A stretch of DNA of 64,000 nucleotides from the NCBI RefSeq assembly GCF_006345805.1, contig NC_043007.1, forward strand, positions 15,500,001 through 15,564,000. Direction: 5' to 3'. Shown here piece by piece: positions 13,777 through 27,289 of the stretch (its first letter is position 1; every line of letters starts with the position of its first letter). Source of the DNA: Octopus sinensis. Lineage: Eukaryota. The notes under the pieces were generated by a model. It was not told the DNA's origin, ran no database searches, and saw only the letters and a program-made list of their open reading frames with translations. Made by a program: the position numbers and the translations under genes.

Positions 13777-14215
13777 TACGACGGGCTTCTTTCAGTTTCC
13801 GTCTACCAAATCCACTCAAAAGGCTTTGGTCGGCTCGAGGCTATAGTAGAAGACACTTGCCCACTGTGTCACACAAAAGATTAATTTATTGCTCTTATGT
13901 TTGAGCGTGTTTTAGAATATATAATCTTACACTTTTTGCAGTCATTTTAAAATGGGGCACTTATTCTATCGTTCTCTATTGCCGAATTGCTAGATTACAG
14001 GAACGAAAACAGACCAACACCATTTCCCCAACGGGGCACAAACTCAAACATAGAAAAGCACACACACACATGACACGAACACGCATTTACATGTGTGTAT
14101 GTAATAGGGCTTCCTCACAGTTTCCATCTACAAGATTTATTCTTAAAGCATGGTAGGGGGACAAACGCATATATATTTATATTGAAAGGAGGGACAAACA
14201 CAGACACACAAACAT

Positions 14216-14283
<68 letters not shown>

Positions 14284-14462
14284 TATATATGCATATATAC
14301 AACAGGCTTCTTTCAGTTTCCGTCTACCAAATCCACTCACAAGGCTTTGGTGGGCCCGAGGCTATAGTAGAAGACACTTGCCTAAGGTGTCACGCAATGG
14401 AACTGAACTCGAAATCACGTAACCACAAAGCAAGCTTGCTAACCACACAGCCGTGCTTGCAC
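13777..14462 (-). mobile_element. Cluster of family D SINE fragments with internal CA/TA tracts
   Basis: Repeated GGGCTTCTTTCAGTTTCCGTCTACCAAATCCACTCA segments at ~13780, ~14105 and ~14300. Confidence 0.82.
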
Positions 14463-15240
14463 CTTTTGCCAATCACTTTTGTTTATCTTTGAAATTCACT
14501 CTTGTCGTTATCTTACGTTCTATCGTTCATTTCTTCGACTCTACGATTTTATCTTGTTTCACATCTATTTGCTTTGTAAGGCGAAGTAACGCTCTTTCAT
14601 GAGGCGGACACGTCAACAGAAACGCTGCCAAATCGAGCAAAACCTATTCACATCGTGTAGCAGCCAGGTTTCCAAGTTCAACGTAATATAAAAGTATGTT
14701 GGTGGTGTCTACACGAAACCATACGATCTATTTGTTATCGTATCGATTTATAACATTGGCACATAGCCAAACAATTTTCGAGATGCTACAATCGATTAAC
14801 CCCCGGACGAATTAAACATAAAACTGATTCCGGTGCAGTTTGAACTTAGAGTGTGTGAAGAATTAACTCTCTGCAACGAAGCAATTACTGAGTCGCAGAA
14901 AAATTCCTGCTTCTCACCCCGACACTCACCTGTGCTGTTGAATTACTACACGGGGAATGGTTTTGTAGTTTGAAATGTCCAGTTACGGGTTTCAAAGCAT
15001 CCTGGCTATGTTCTTTCTTTCTTTCTTTCATTCTTTCTGTCTTTCTTTCTTTCTTTCTCAAAGGTATTGCTGAAAGCGATCGATATCCTTGCGGCTAGTT
15101 TTCCAACGATCGAAGTCAATTTCGCAGTGTTTATAAACTTGTTGTTCGGACCGGCTACAAGTGGAGACAGTGTTAGAAATACACACACAAACACAGCACA
15201 CAACACGCACATATCCACACTCACATATAAATATATACAT

Positions 15241-15295
<55 letters not shown>

Positions 15296-15806
15296 TATAC
15301 ATATCCATATACGCATACATACATGCATACATGCATACATACATACATGCATGCATACATACATACATGAATACATACATACATACATGAATACATACAT
15401 GAATACATACATGAATACATACATACATGCATGCATACCTACACATACATATCCTGAGAAGAATAGAACGACAAAGTTCTACGTGAGTTTCTTCGAGATA
15501 AATGAAATTGTCCATTTCAAACGTGCTATAAAATAAAAGAGAATAAAAAAGAAAAAAAGAAATGTTACAACACCATCCCAGTTGTTGTATAAACATTAGG
15601 ACCTGTTTAACGTTCAGCAGGTGATCTTAAATTTTTATTCCCGTTTTGCTTTATGCGCTTAATGAATTACTTAAGTTCCTTACCTTCTTTATATTTGTTT
15701 TACAAGTGGAATGTGTACTAGCTTTCTACATCGCTTTAATAAGAAAAAAAAAACGGTTCTCCTATCTATGAGAGTCCACAATAGATCAATATCTTAATTA
15801 CAACAA

Positions 15807-16470
15807 GGCGGCGAGCTGGCAGAAAGGTTAGCGCGCCGGGCGAAATGCCGAGCGGTATTTCGTCTGCCGTTACGTTCTGAGTTCAAATTCGGCCGAGGTC
15901 GACTTTGCCTTTCATCCTTTCGGGGTCGATAAACTAAGTACCAGTTACGCACTGGAGTCGATATAATCGACTTGATCCGTTTGTCTGTCTTTGTTTGTCC
16001 TCTCCGTGTTTGGCCCCTGTGGGTAGTAAAGAAATAGGTATTTCTTCTGTCGCTACGTTCTGAGTTCAAATTCCGCCGAGGTCGACTTTACCTTTCCTCA
16101 TTTCGGGGTCGATAAACTAAGTACCAGTTACGCACTTGGGTCGATGTAATCGACTTAATTCGTTTGTCTGTACTTGTTTGTCTTCTCTGTGTTTGGCCCC
16201 TTGTGGGTAGTAAAGAAATAGGTATTTCGTCTGCCGTTACGTTCTGAGTTCAAATTCCGCCGAGGTCAACTTTACTTTCATCATTTCGGGGTCGATAAAT
16301 TAAGTACCAGTTACGCTCTGGGGCCGATGTAACTCGACTTAATCCCTTTGTCTGTTCTCTCTATGTTTAGCCTCTTGTGGGCAATAAAGAAATAAGAAAC
16401 GTTAGCACGTCGGGCGAAATGTTCTTTATGTTCTGTGTTCAAATTCCGCCGAGTTTGACTTTGCCTTTCA
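15807..16470 (+). mobile_element. SINE family A multimer (head plus tandem ~187-bp body units)
   Basis: Head at 15807, body units restarting at ~16038 and ~16221, partial fourth unit from ~16395. Confidence 0.9.
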
Positions 16471-16945
16471 CTGGTACTTAATTTATCGAACTCAAAAAAG
16501 ATGAAGGGCAAGCTTGACCTCGGCGGAATTTGAGCGTAATACCTATTTTTTTATTTCCCACAAGGGGCTAAACATAGAGGGAAAAACAAGGACAGACAGA
16601 CGGATTAAGTCGATTACATCGGACTCCAGTGCGTAAAACTTTAATTGACCCCGAAGGATGAAGGGCAAAGTAGACCTCGATTCGGACGGCGGAATTTGTA
16701 ACGTCAGAAGAATACCTATTTTTTTTACCCACAAGGGGCTAAACACAGAGGGGACAAACAAGGACAGACATAGGTATTAAGTCGATTACATCGACTCCAG
16801 TGCGTAACTGGTAATTCTTTAATTGACCCCGAAAGGATGAAGGGCAAAGTCGACCTCGGCGGAATTTGAACCCAGAGCATAGCGGCAGACGAAATACCGC
16901 TAAGCATTTCGCCCGGCGTGCTAACGTTTCTGCCAGCTCGCCGCC
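16471..16945 (-). mobile_element. SINE family A multimer in opposite orientation
   Basis: Head ends at 16945; about 2.4 body units running leftwards and abutting the plus-strand array. Confidence 0.9.
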
Positions 16946-17384
16946 CTTCGCTGTCTTAATTATAATAATTTATATGTAGATTTACTCACCCCAGTTTTTA
17001 ACGATTTGTCTCTCGCTTTCCTCACTCACTCAATTTCTTTCTTTCGCTCCCTCTCGCTATATTGACACGTAATCTTTTTTTTTTTTAATTGTTGCCGATT
17101 CATCATTTTGATCTGGGTGTTATATATGTGAGATTAATTATAATGAACTTCGTTAGTGGGACCAAATAAAGTAAACCAGTCTGGTCTACCAAGCCGAAAA
17201 TTAAGCAAACCTGAAGGACTGGTTTGCAGTAACAAATATAATTAGTATTCGGATTAGTGTCAAGCAAGATCGACCTCGGTCCCGTTTAAACAGATACAGG
17301 AAATTGTAAACACTGACAATAAATGTTTTTAGTTCGGTGCTCTATATTTCCTGATGGACTATACTTCACAATACACACTCGTAC

Positions 17385-17884
17385 AAACACACACACACAC
17401 ACACACACGCATACACACACTGTAAGACTCATATATCGAGAGAGACACAGACGGAAACTTACGTATACACACACATACGCACACACACACACACACATAC
17501 CACACACACACACATACACACACACGCATACACACACTGTAAGACTCACATATCGAGAGAGACACAGACGGAAACTTACGTATACCCACACATACACACA
17601 CACACACACAGACACACAGACACGCATACACACACAGACACACACAGACACACACACATACACACACACGCATACACACACTGTAAGACTCATATATCGA
17701 GAGAGACACAGACGGAAACTTACGTATACACACACATACACACACACATACACACAGAGACACACACAGACACACAGACACACAGACACACACACATACA
17801 CAGACACGCATACACACACTGTAAGACTCATATATCGAGAGAGACACAGACGGAAACTTACGTATACACACACATACGAGAGAG

Positions 17885-17925
<41 letters not shown>

Positions 17926-18024
17926 CACACACACACACACCACACACACATACATACACTGTAAGACTCATATATCGAGAGAGACACAGACGGAAACTTA
18001 CGTATACACACACACACACACACA
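17385..18024. repeat. Minisatellite: 5 copies of a ~50-bp core separated by variable (CA)n
   Basis: Core ACTGTAAGACTCATATATCGAGAGAGACACAGACGGAAACTTACGTATAC at ~17419, 17536, 17680, 17818 and 17958. Confidence 0.95.
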
Positions 18025-18048
18025 TAGTGTTTTCATATATATATATAT

Positions 18049-18359
18049 TCTTTTACTCTTTTATCCTTTTAATTGTATCTGTCATTCGACTGTGGCCATG
18101 ATGAAGCACTGCCTTGAAGGATTTTATTCGAACAAGAATAAGAATAAGTCCTGGGGTCGATTTGCTCGACTAAAGGCGGTGCTCCAGCATGGCGCAGTCA
18201 AATGACACAAATAAGTAAAAGAGTAAAATAGTAAAAGAGAACAAATCGACCCCAGAACATATTTCCTTTAGGTGAAGGGGGCTTAAACACACCAGCGCCG
18301 GTTGTCAAGCGGTGATGGGAAGACAAACACAGACACAAAGGCACAAACACACACACAGG

Positions 18360-18402
<43 letters not shown>

Positions 18403-18579
18403 CACAACACACACACCCATATACGACGGGTTTCTTTTATTTTCCGTCTACCAAATCTACTAACAAAGCTTTGGTCGGTCCGAGGTTTTAGTAGAAGTCA
18501 TTTGCTCAAGATGCCATGTAGTGGGACTGAACCCGGAACCATGTGGTTGGGAAGCAAGCCTTTTACCACATAGCCACGC

Positions 18580-18580
<1 letters not shown>
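18049..18580 (-). mobile_element. SINE family D with an opposite-strand tail-only copy nested at ~18136-18238
   Basis: Minus-strand tail/body/head interrupted by plus-strand AATAAGTCCTGGGGTCGATTTGCTCGACTAAAGGCGGTGCTCCAGCATGG..; GAACAA is duplicated on both sides. Confidence 0.8.
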
Positions 18581-18617
<37 letters not shown>

Positions 18618-18955
18618 ATACACACACAGACATGTGTATATATGTATGTAGATAAATATGTATATATATTCATAATAGCAACTGATAGATAAGGAATGAA
18701 GACTGAAGACGTTGATAATTCTTAATTTATGGTTCCATTGGAAATCAGTTTGAATTTTATGAATAAAGTTTAAAGGTTGTAATTATAGATATTTTAAATA
18801 TTTCGAAATTTCACAAAGATTAAAAGTGCATCTTGAATGCATGAATATGTAATTATAAAAACAAATAAATGATTCAAGAGAAAAAAAATCGTTTAAAATG
18901 TAAATAAAAAATATTACATGCTATGAATCAATATTTTTTAAAGATCGATTATAAA

Positions 18956-19055
18956 NNNNNNNNNNNNNNNNNNNNNNNNNNNNNNNNNNNNNNNNNNNNN
19001 NNNNNNNNNNNNNNNNNNNNNNNNNNNNNNNNNNNNNNNNNNNNNNNNNNNNNNN
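18956..19055. other. Assembly gap (100 N)
   Basis: Direct. Confidence 1.
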
Positions 19056-19319
19056 GTTTGGAAAAAGAGGTATTTGCCGAAGTTAGGAGAAGGGAGATAA
19101 TAAAGGTATATTATCTATATATATATATATATATATATAATAATATAATATATATTTGATTTTGATTTTCCAGTTTCAGCTAATGAGCTGCGGCGCCATG
19201 CTGGGGCACCGCATTTGCCATATATATACTTTAGGTTAATTGAAATAAACAAATAAAAATTAACAGACAAAGGACGTGCACAAAGGATGTATTACCTTGA
19301 CATGAACACATGCACACAT

Positions 19320-19612
19320 AATACATACATACAGACAGACATACATACATACACACCTCCATCCATACATACATACATGTATACATACATACATCTATCA
19401 ATCCATCCATACATACATACATACATACATACATACATACACACATCTATCCATACATACATACATGTATACATACATCCATACATCTATCAATCCATCC
19501 ATCCATCCATCCATACATACATACATGCATACATGCATGCATACATACATACATACATCTATCAATCCATCCATCCATACATACATACATACATAAATAC
19601 ATACATACATAC
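19320..19612. repeat. (CATA)n/(CCAT)n compound microsatellite
   Basis: Direct. Confidence 0.95.
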
Positions 19613-20537
19613 ATGACGCCTGGAAATCGATTTCGAGCAATGCCATGTCTTGACTGCTCGCTTAAACGTGAGCACCAGAGTTTAGTTGCCTACCAGACGC
19701 CAAGGTATGTGTTACCAGTAGTACTAAGAATGACATAATACAGAGAAACGACAGGAAGTAACATTGAAAATTAAAAAGTCCCATACAATTCCATTCAGTT
19801 TCTTCACGATCATCCCTAGAGAAAGTTGCGCATAGCAAGTGGGAAATCGTGCGGTGAGACCATTCAATGTATTTTGTGCCGATTTTGCTTACGAAATAGC
19901 GTAATTCATTCTGAATTAGCAGACATATTAGCCGGTTCCCACCACTTTCTCAGATTGTAAAACCTTTCAGCAAATAAAGATATCATGTGTGGGTGTGTAT
20001 GTGTTTGTGAGTGCTTGTGTGCATATGTCTATCTATGTGTGTGTGGGTATGAATATAGATATGCATATTCATACATACAGATTATATATATTAATATATA
20101 TATATATATATATATATGAGAATTTGTTGCGTAATAAGATAAAAATACCAAGGGTGTATAGATATTAGAGTATTTATAGATAGAAGGTCTTACAGCTGTT
20201 TCAAGGATATTAATTAATAAGAACCAACGGTGACCCCTTTATTCGCAATATTACCGAATCTGGAATTTAACTATGGTCTGTCTATAGCGCTTATTCAGCA
20301 TTACCTGATACCTTTGGGTCTCAATAAGACCATTATCTCGTATATATATATATATATATTATATATATATGCATTGATATATACATACGTTTCAAAGTAT
20401 ACGCACACACGCTCACACAAATATACCCAAGTATAGAACTATATACATATATATACATATATATATACACCACACCACTATATATATATATATACATACA
20501 TATATATATATATATATACACACACACATATATATAT

Positions 20538-20576
<39 letters not shown>

Positions 20577-21464
20577 AATATATATTATATATATATCTAC
20601 ATACATACATATATACATACATATATATATATATACATACACAAAGGTTGATACTTAGAGAAGAAAATAAACAGACAGACATATAAATAGATAGATTGGC
20701 AGATAGTTAGATAGATAGATAGACATGTATGTTCGTGCATATATACCCCACGACCGCCTACAAGAAAGACTGCCAGTCAAGTCGACTCTAGTATAAAATC
20801 ACATCCTTTGAAATGTTCCGTTGTGTGTACCTGTTCCCATTAGAGGTTACAGACATTGAACAGCCTTCAGTGGGTTTTGTCAATTGTTATATCGATTCAT
20901 ACATTTACTTCCTAACACACAAACACGTTTCCTTTTATACTGACACGCACACATAAATACGAGTTACATGAGGTATAAACTATGGTCTGCGTGTTCTATT
21001 ATGAAATTGTAAAGACAAGACATAGCTAAAGTCTTGGGAGATGTGTCACTGAAATCTTAGGAAAAAGATATTGTTTAAGATATTCCTAAAATATTTTTTA
21101 GTCATAATCGGAAGACAATCCCTGACAATTATTATTCTCATTGAATATCTTGTATCTAGCTGTCCTTACCAGCTTCCACACTGCCGAGATCACTGTATAG
21201 CAATATACGTTGGCAAATGTAATGTGTGAAGTGTAGGACGAAGAAAATAAAAGACTTCCTCCTGAGCATTATTAACAATAAAGCTATTTCGCATTATAGT
21301 TAATAGACATACACCCATTCACATCGACACACAACCCCGACACATATTTATGCTTAACCAAATGTCAAGAGGGACGAGGTTTAATAAATACTGTATTGGG
21401 TTGACGCTTTAGAGGAAACAGAAAGTCTTACATATATACATACATATACACACATGCACGTGTG

Positions 21465-21775
<311 letters not shown>

Positions 21776-21981
21776 GTTTACACGCATAAATACATATTCA
21801 AATATATACGCGCACACACACATACACACAGATGCAGTCTGAGTCCAGATTCCGACGAGGTCGACTTTTGTTCTTTTGGTGTTGTTGAAATAAATATTAG
21901 TTGTGTACTGGGTCCGATGTATGCTAGCTTTGCACTGGGAACTCCCTCCCCAATTTCAGGGCTTGTGCCTTTAATAGATAG

Positions 21982-22012
<31 letters not shown>

Positions 22013-22277
22013 TATTATAGAGGTCTCACACTATACAATATCGTAAAGTTCTTGATTGAAAATATTGTGTCTACCGATTGTCTGTCATGTCACAACAAGG
22101 ATCTCAGACAGACAGTACTTGACGCAATATGCGTGCAGTTCCAAGTTATGCCGACTTTCGCAATGCACCTAGATACATACATATATACACGCACAAACAC
22201 ACTTACATACACACACACATACAAACGCACTTACATACATATATATATGCATGGATGCAGACATACATATATACATA

Positions 22278-22644
22278 TGAGACATGTATCACACTGCCTA
22301 CATACCAGTCTTGAGAAAATAGGCTTCTCAAAACCAGAAAGGAGAAAGCTAATTCGAAGACTACAGATCCAATCCATCACTGGAACTGTAAAAATCTGTA
22401 AAACTTTCAAGAAGTTTATCATTTAGATATACATGAGCATGTCTAGATATGCAAGTATATGCATGAGAATACATACATAAAACAAAACATACAAATCTGC
22501 ACATATAAATACATTCATATATGTATACAAACAAAAATATTCTGTTGTTGATATTGAAATTCCAATGACGGAACCTAGGATCTAGGTTAGAAACCGGCTC
22601 TTTCTCTAGTGGCAAGAAATCTTGAAATAAAACTGAACAATGAT
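22278..22644 (+). mobile_element. 3' end of an RLE-type non-LTR retrotransposon (R4/Dong-like): ORF end plus 3' UTR
   Basis: HVSHCLHTSLEKIGFSKPERRKLIRRLQIQSITGTVKICKTFKKFII* resembles the R4/Dong C-terminus (L..LG...i..lQ...i.GT.kI.r.F); 3' UTR with stem-loop and AATAAA, followed by (CATA)n. Confidence 0.7.
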
Positions 22645-23072
22645 ATACATACATACATACATACATACATACATACATACATACATGTTATCAATGTCAA
22701 AAGTATTTAGAAATTTTCAGAAACATGAAATAAATCATTTTAATGTAGGAAATCGAAATAAATCAAATTATAAGTAACAGCGTGCAAAGAATACGATTAG
22801 AAACCCTCTGGGTAAAAAGTGTCACACTTTTTGAGAATACCCCCTGCCACCCAACTTGTAACGAAATTTACACAGTTATGTTTTGAAAACCTGCCAACCA
22901 ATCAAATGTAAATGCTTATTCGTATATTTGAATTATATCACATCACATTATATTACATGGACAATCACGATTTTAATTCAGTGCTAATCACAACCGTCCG
23001 ACGGACGGGGACGTGAAAGTCTGAGCAAGAAGTCTGTGATAATTTTTGCAACTTTGATAATAATACTATTAC

Positions 23073-23103
<31 letters not shown>

Positions 23104-23584
23104 ATACTATATATATTTATTTTATATATAAAGAGAGAGAGAGAGAGAGAAAGAGAGAGATATACACACATATTTATATGTATTATGTATGTATGTAATA
23201 GAAGGTGATGCATAAAAATAGACAACACTCCGGTCGATATGATAAACTAGTAGACCTGAAGCACGTGTGCCAACATGAATGTCTTCTAATATCTAAAAAC
23301 AAAATAGATATATAAATAAATAAATTATACGTTTATTGAAAAAAGCCTCTTTCACATCATAAAAATCACAGTATAATTTTCTGACAATAGGCGCTGGGTT
23401 TATAATATGCAATATTTTATTTAATGGCTGTTATTTTGTTATCAGGAGAAACAATATCATTGTTCCTGGTTTGAAAGACGGAGAGTTGATGGCAAAAAAG
23501 TTATGGTGGTGCGAGACGTTCATATATGTATTTGTGTGTGTTTTAATGTATAAATCGTTTTTATACATATCTGTAGTGTGTGTA

Positions 23585-23765
23585 TGTGAGTGAAGGAGAG
23601 GGAGAGAGAGAAAAAGAAAGAGATAGAGTGAGAGTTTGTGTGTGTGAGAGTGAAGGAGAGGGAGAGAGAGAAAAAGAAAGAGATAGCGTGAGAGCTTGTG
23701 TGTGTGAGAGTGAAGGAGAGAGAGAGAGAGAAAAAAAAGAAAGATAGCGTGAGAGTTTGTGTGTG
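23585..23765. repeat. 60-bp tandem repeat x3
   Basis: Unit TGTGAGAGTGAAGGAGAGGGAGAGAGAGAAAAAGAAAGAGATAGCGTGAGAGTTTGTG.. Confidence 0.9.
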
Positions 23766-23968
23766 TTTCGCGTGTGCTTGCGCGCTGTGTTCTTATGCAT
23801 TTTCTCGTGTTACAGCAGGCATGCACCTTTAATTACGATTCCAGCGAAGCGCACCATAATCCAGGATAGAATTAGGATAATACCTCGTGATGTAAGATGG
23901 AAAATAAGAGCATCATAATACAACACGAAGATTCTATGTTGAAATAAACTATGTTTTACTGAGACTTA

Positions 23969-24203
23969 GGCGGCGAGCTGGCAGAAACGTTAGCACGTCG
24001 GGCGAAATGCGTAGCCGTATTTCGTCTGCCGTTAAGTGTCCTGGGTTCAAATTCCGCCGAGGTCGACTTTGCCTTTCATCCTTTCGGGGTCGATAAATTA
24101 AGTACCAGTTACGCACTGGGGTCGATGTAATCGACTTAATCCCTTTGTCTGTCCTTGTTTGTCCCCTCTATGTTCAGCCCCTTGTGGGTAGTAAAGAAAT
24201 GTA
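23969..24203 (+). mobile_element. SINE family A monomer with ~18-bp TSD
   Basis: Flanks ATGTTTTACTGAGACTTA and ATGTTTTGCTGGGACTTA. Confidence 0.93.
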
Positions 24204-24630
24204 TATGTTTTGCTGGGACTTAATTGTGTTGGTGAAAAATGGTTATATTCGTAAAGACAACACCAGTTTTCAGAAACACAGTTGTGTCCCGGTGGATTGA
24301 TGGAGTGTACATTACATGTTATTCATATATTATATAGCTTGGACATATGTTTCCTTTCTCTCCCCCTCTCTCCACACACACACACACCCATATAAAGACA
24401 GATATTGACACGGATATATATATATATAGATAGTTATCAATTTATGTAGATGTGTGTCCACGTGCGCGTGTGTCTGTATGCGTCTGTGTGAATGCGTGGG
24501 TATGTGTGAGTGTGTGTATGTGTCTGTATAGATACATATATGCATACGTATTTATACAGATACATGCATACATACATTATTTACATTATCTACATTTGGC
24601 GGATATTTGTCCACATCTTGTTCGTTGTTA

Positions 24631-24674
24631 ACACAACGTTTCGGCTGGTATACGCTCCAGCCTTCATCAGATGC
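24631..24674 (-). ncRNA. Minimal type I hammerhead ribozyme motif
   Basis: GCAT-CTGATGA-A-GGCTGG(AGCGTATA)CCAGCC-GAAA-CG-TT-GTGT on the minus strand. Confidence 0.7.
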
Positions 24675-24734
24675 CTTGGGGAAATTTCGAACCTGGGTTC
24701 TCAATCCTACGGTATTTTTCGAAAGTTCCTCAAG

Positions 24735-24778
24735 ATACCTGATGAAGGCTGGAGGATATATCAGCCGAAACGTTGTGT
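24735..24778 (+). ncRNA. Minimal type I hammerhead ribozyme motif
   Basis: ATAC-CTGATGA-A-GGCTG(GAGGATATAT)CAGCC-GAAA-CG-TT-GTGT. Confidence 0.7.
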
Positions 24779-24981
24779 TAACAACAAACAAGATAATGAC
24801 AAAATATCCATCAAATGTAAATAATGTAAATAATGTACATAAGTCCTCATCTCTTAAATATAGAACTGTATGCATACATACATACACTTGCTCAACAGTA
24901 AGTTTGATCCTTTATCCATTACAGTGAAATACCTGTGGATCAGTCAAGCTGGTGTTCTCGATTGCATACTATAAACCTAGT

Positions 24982-25317
24982 GGAGGCGCAATGGCCCAGT
25001 GGTTAGGGCAGCGGACTCGCGGTCGTAGGATCGCGGTTTCGATTCCCAGACCGGGCGTTGTGAGTGTTTATTGAGCGAAAATACCTAAAGCTCCACGAGG
25101 CTCCGGCAGGGGATTGTGGTGATCCCTGCTGTACTCTTTCACCACAACTTTCTCTCACTCTTACTTCCTGTTTCTGTTGTACCTATATTTCAAAGGGCCG
25201 GCCTTGTGTCTGTGGAGTGCTCAGCCACTTACACGTTAATTTCACGAGCAGGCTGTTCCGTTGATCGGCTCAACCGGAACCCTCATCGTCGTAACCGACG
25301 GAGTGCTTCCACCATCC
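24982..25317 (+). mobile_element. SINE family B with internal deletion, 14-bp TSD
   Basis: TSD ACTATAAACCTAGT at 24968-24981 and 25318-25331; lacks ~50 bp relative to the 12509 and 33302 copies. Confidence 0.93.
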
Positions 25318-25799
25318 ACTATAAACCTAGTAGCATACGTTATGGAACTAACTATCCTTTCTTTTTTATTAATTTTCCCAAATAGCAGTTTAAATTTTTT
25401 CTACTGTATCTGTTTCGATTCAGGTTACTGTGTATACACACATATATCTTTGCTTTCTATTTCACAGGTTACTGTGTGATATGTAATGGCCTGAATGTCA
25501 CTCGTATAGAAATCGAGTTACGTCTATTAAATCTATATTATCTCTTTAAAATAGCTTTTGTCAATTTTTTCCCGCGCCCTAAGATTTTATACATATACAT
25601 ATTCAAAGAAGTTATTAAAAACAATTTTTCAGCTTTATTGTTTCTTACTCACGCTTGTTTCAAAAGTAATCCCCGCCATGGGAGGCACTGCTCTATAGGT
25701 TGAAATTGTATTACCCTAATTTTATACTTCAGAGCATATCAATACAATTTTAAATTGATTTCGTGTATTCAGTAATTTTATCTCCTAGTTTTGCTGATG

Positions 25800-26032
25800 T
25801 GTGTCTAAGAAGCTCACTTTGCAAAAGAAAGTTTTCGCTTTCAGCCCCACTCCTCGGAACCTTGGCCAAATGCCTTCTGCAACAGCCGCGAGACGACCAA
25901 TGCTTTGTCAGTGAAATTAGTAAACGGAAACTGTGTGGAAGCCCATCGTATATACATATGTACATATTATATTTGTATTATATATGTGTATACGTGTGTG
26001 AGTGTATCGTAGTGTCTGTGTTTGTCCCCAAT
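25800..26032 (+). mobile_element. Decayed SINE family D
   Basis: ACCTTGGCCAAATGCCTTCT..ACGGAAACTGTGTGGAAGCCCATCGTATATA..TGTGTTTGTCCCC. Confidence 0.7.
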
Positions 26033-26104
26033 CGCTCCAGAAACAGAGCGATTGTCGCCGTCCTATGATTGAGTCAAATAGAAAGCAAAGATATATTCGC
26101 GTAC

Positions 26105-26149
<45 letters not shown>

Positions 26150-26344
26150 ATTTTGCCTGTGACCTCTGCCTTTCAAAGCTTTTAAAGCTTAGGTTAAAAT
26201 GAATTCTCCATTTCTTCCCCTATCTTGGAAGAATTAACAAAAAAAACGATATTATGTCTAGTTCAACTTTAATGTGCAGAAAAATCTCCCCATTCATTAT
26301 AGACAAATATATCATTCCCAATTATGCATATAATCTTGACTCAC

Positions 26345-26426
26345 CGAGTTTATATTCTTGGGAAACGTATGATTACCTCGTCGTCCCTCTTTCCACTTCC
26401 CTATACATTTTGTGATCTTTGAATGT
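26345..26426 (-). other. Candidate internal exon (82 nt, phase 2-0, HSKITKCIGKWKEGRRGNHTFPKNINS)
   Basis: Acceptor TTATTATTTCTTAG|, donor TCG|GTGAGT; single open frame; no homology recognised. Confidence 0.22.
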
Positions 26427-27289
26427 CTAAGAAATAATAATTGTAACAATTCATAATATTTTACAAAATCACTTTATTTAGGACAAGTTCTCAAAAATTT
26501 AATTTTGCTCTGTTCTTATATATTATAGTCAGTCTATTTTGTTTAATATATATTATTTTACTTAGGTATTTTCTAATAAAAGAATTGAATTATTTCATTT
26601 TTTAACCTGAGGACATCAATATAAATGGACATTTTGTGTGTGTATAGAAACGGTAAATCTAAAAAGCTGTTAAAGTAATAATCTTAAAAGCAAATCTGAC
26701 ACTATATAAATAATTCAAGAATAAATCTGAAAATAATGAGACTACTACATCGCCGCTGCCGACGACGATGAAGATTGTAAAAACATTAGCGATAGTCTAG
26801 CAGTATTTGTATCTCAATATGGTGCCACATTACGAACAATACAATTCCAAAAGCTGATCACGCTGAACAATTAATAATGAAACAGGAATAGTTTGTATTT
26901 GTAGCCTTGACGATGTATGGTTAAGTAGTTGGCTTCGCAACAACTTCGTTCTGGATTCGATCTCACTTAGGCAAGTTTTTATTGTAATAGAACTTTATTG
27001 TAATAGAGCTTTATGAGATACATTTGGCAAAATGAAATCTTGGAGAACCCTATTAAATACAAATAAATATATCTGTGTTTGTGTACGTATTTATATAATT
27101 TGCATGTGCGTGTATATGTAAGATAGAGTGAGAGAGAGAGAATCACAACTCTGTGGCTTGTTTTTTTGTCTAACACGGAGGACAATCATCAGTATTGACT
27201 GCTGACTAACAACGTCCAGAGAGCCTCTCCGACTACTGGATGCATCGAACATAGATATATGGTGATGATATAATGAAGATGAAGGCGGA

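Larger units (their letters stand above)
24573..24869. mobile_element. Fold-back PLE-like element with two hammerhead motifs
   Basis: ~118-bp inverted arms (24573-24691, 24718-24837); flanked by duplicated ATGCATACATACAT. Confidence 0.75.

Noticed and set aside
17385-18024. CRISPR-like repeat-spacer appearance
   Set aside because: Spacers are (CA)n, the context is eukaryotic, and no cas genes are present.
22560-22612. Hammerhead-like AATGACGG-stem-AGAAACCGG
   Set aside because: Core does not fit CUGANGA; better explained as a LINE 3' UTR stem-loop.
24982-25055. tRNA gene
   Set aside because: tRNA-like head is contiguous with the SINE body, repeated in the window and flanked by TSDs.
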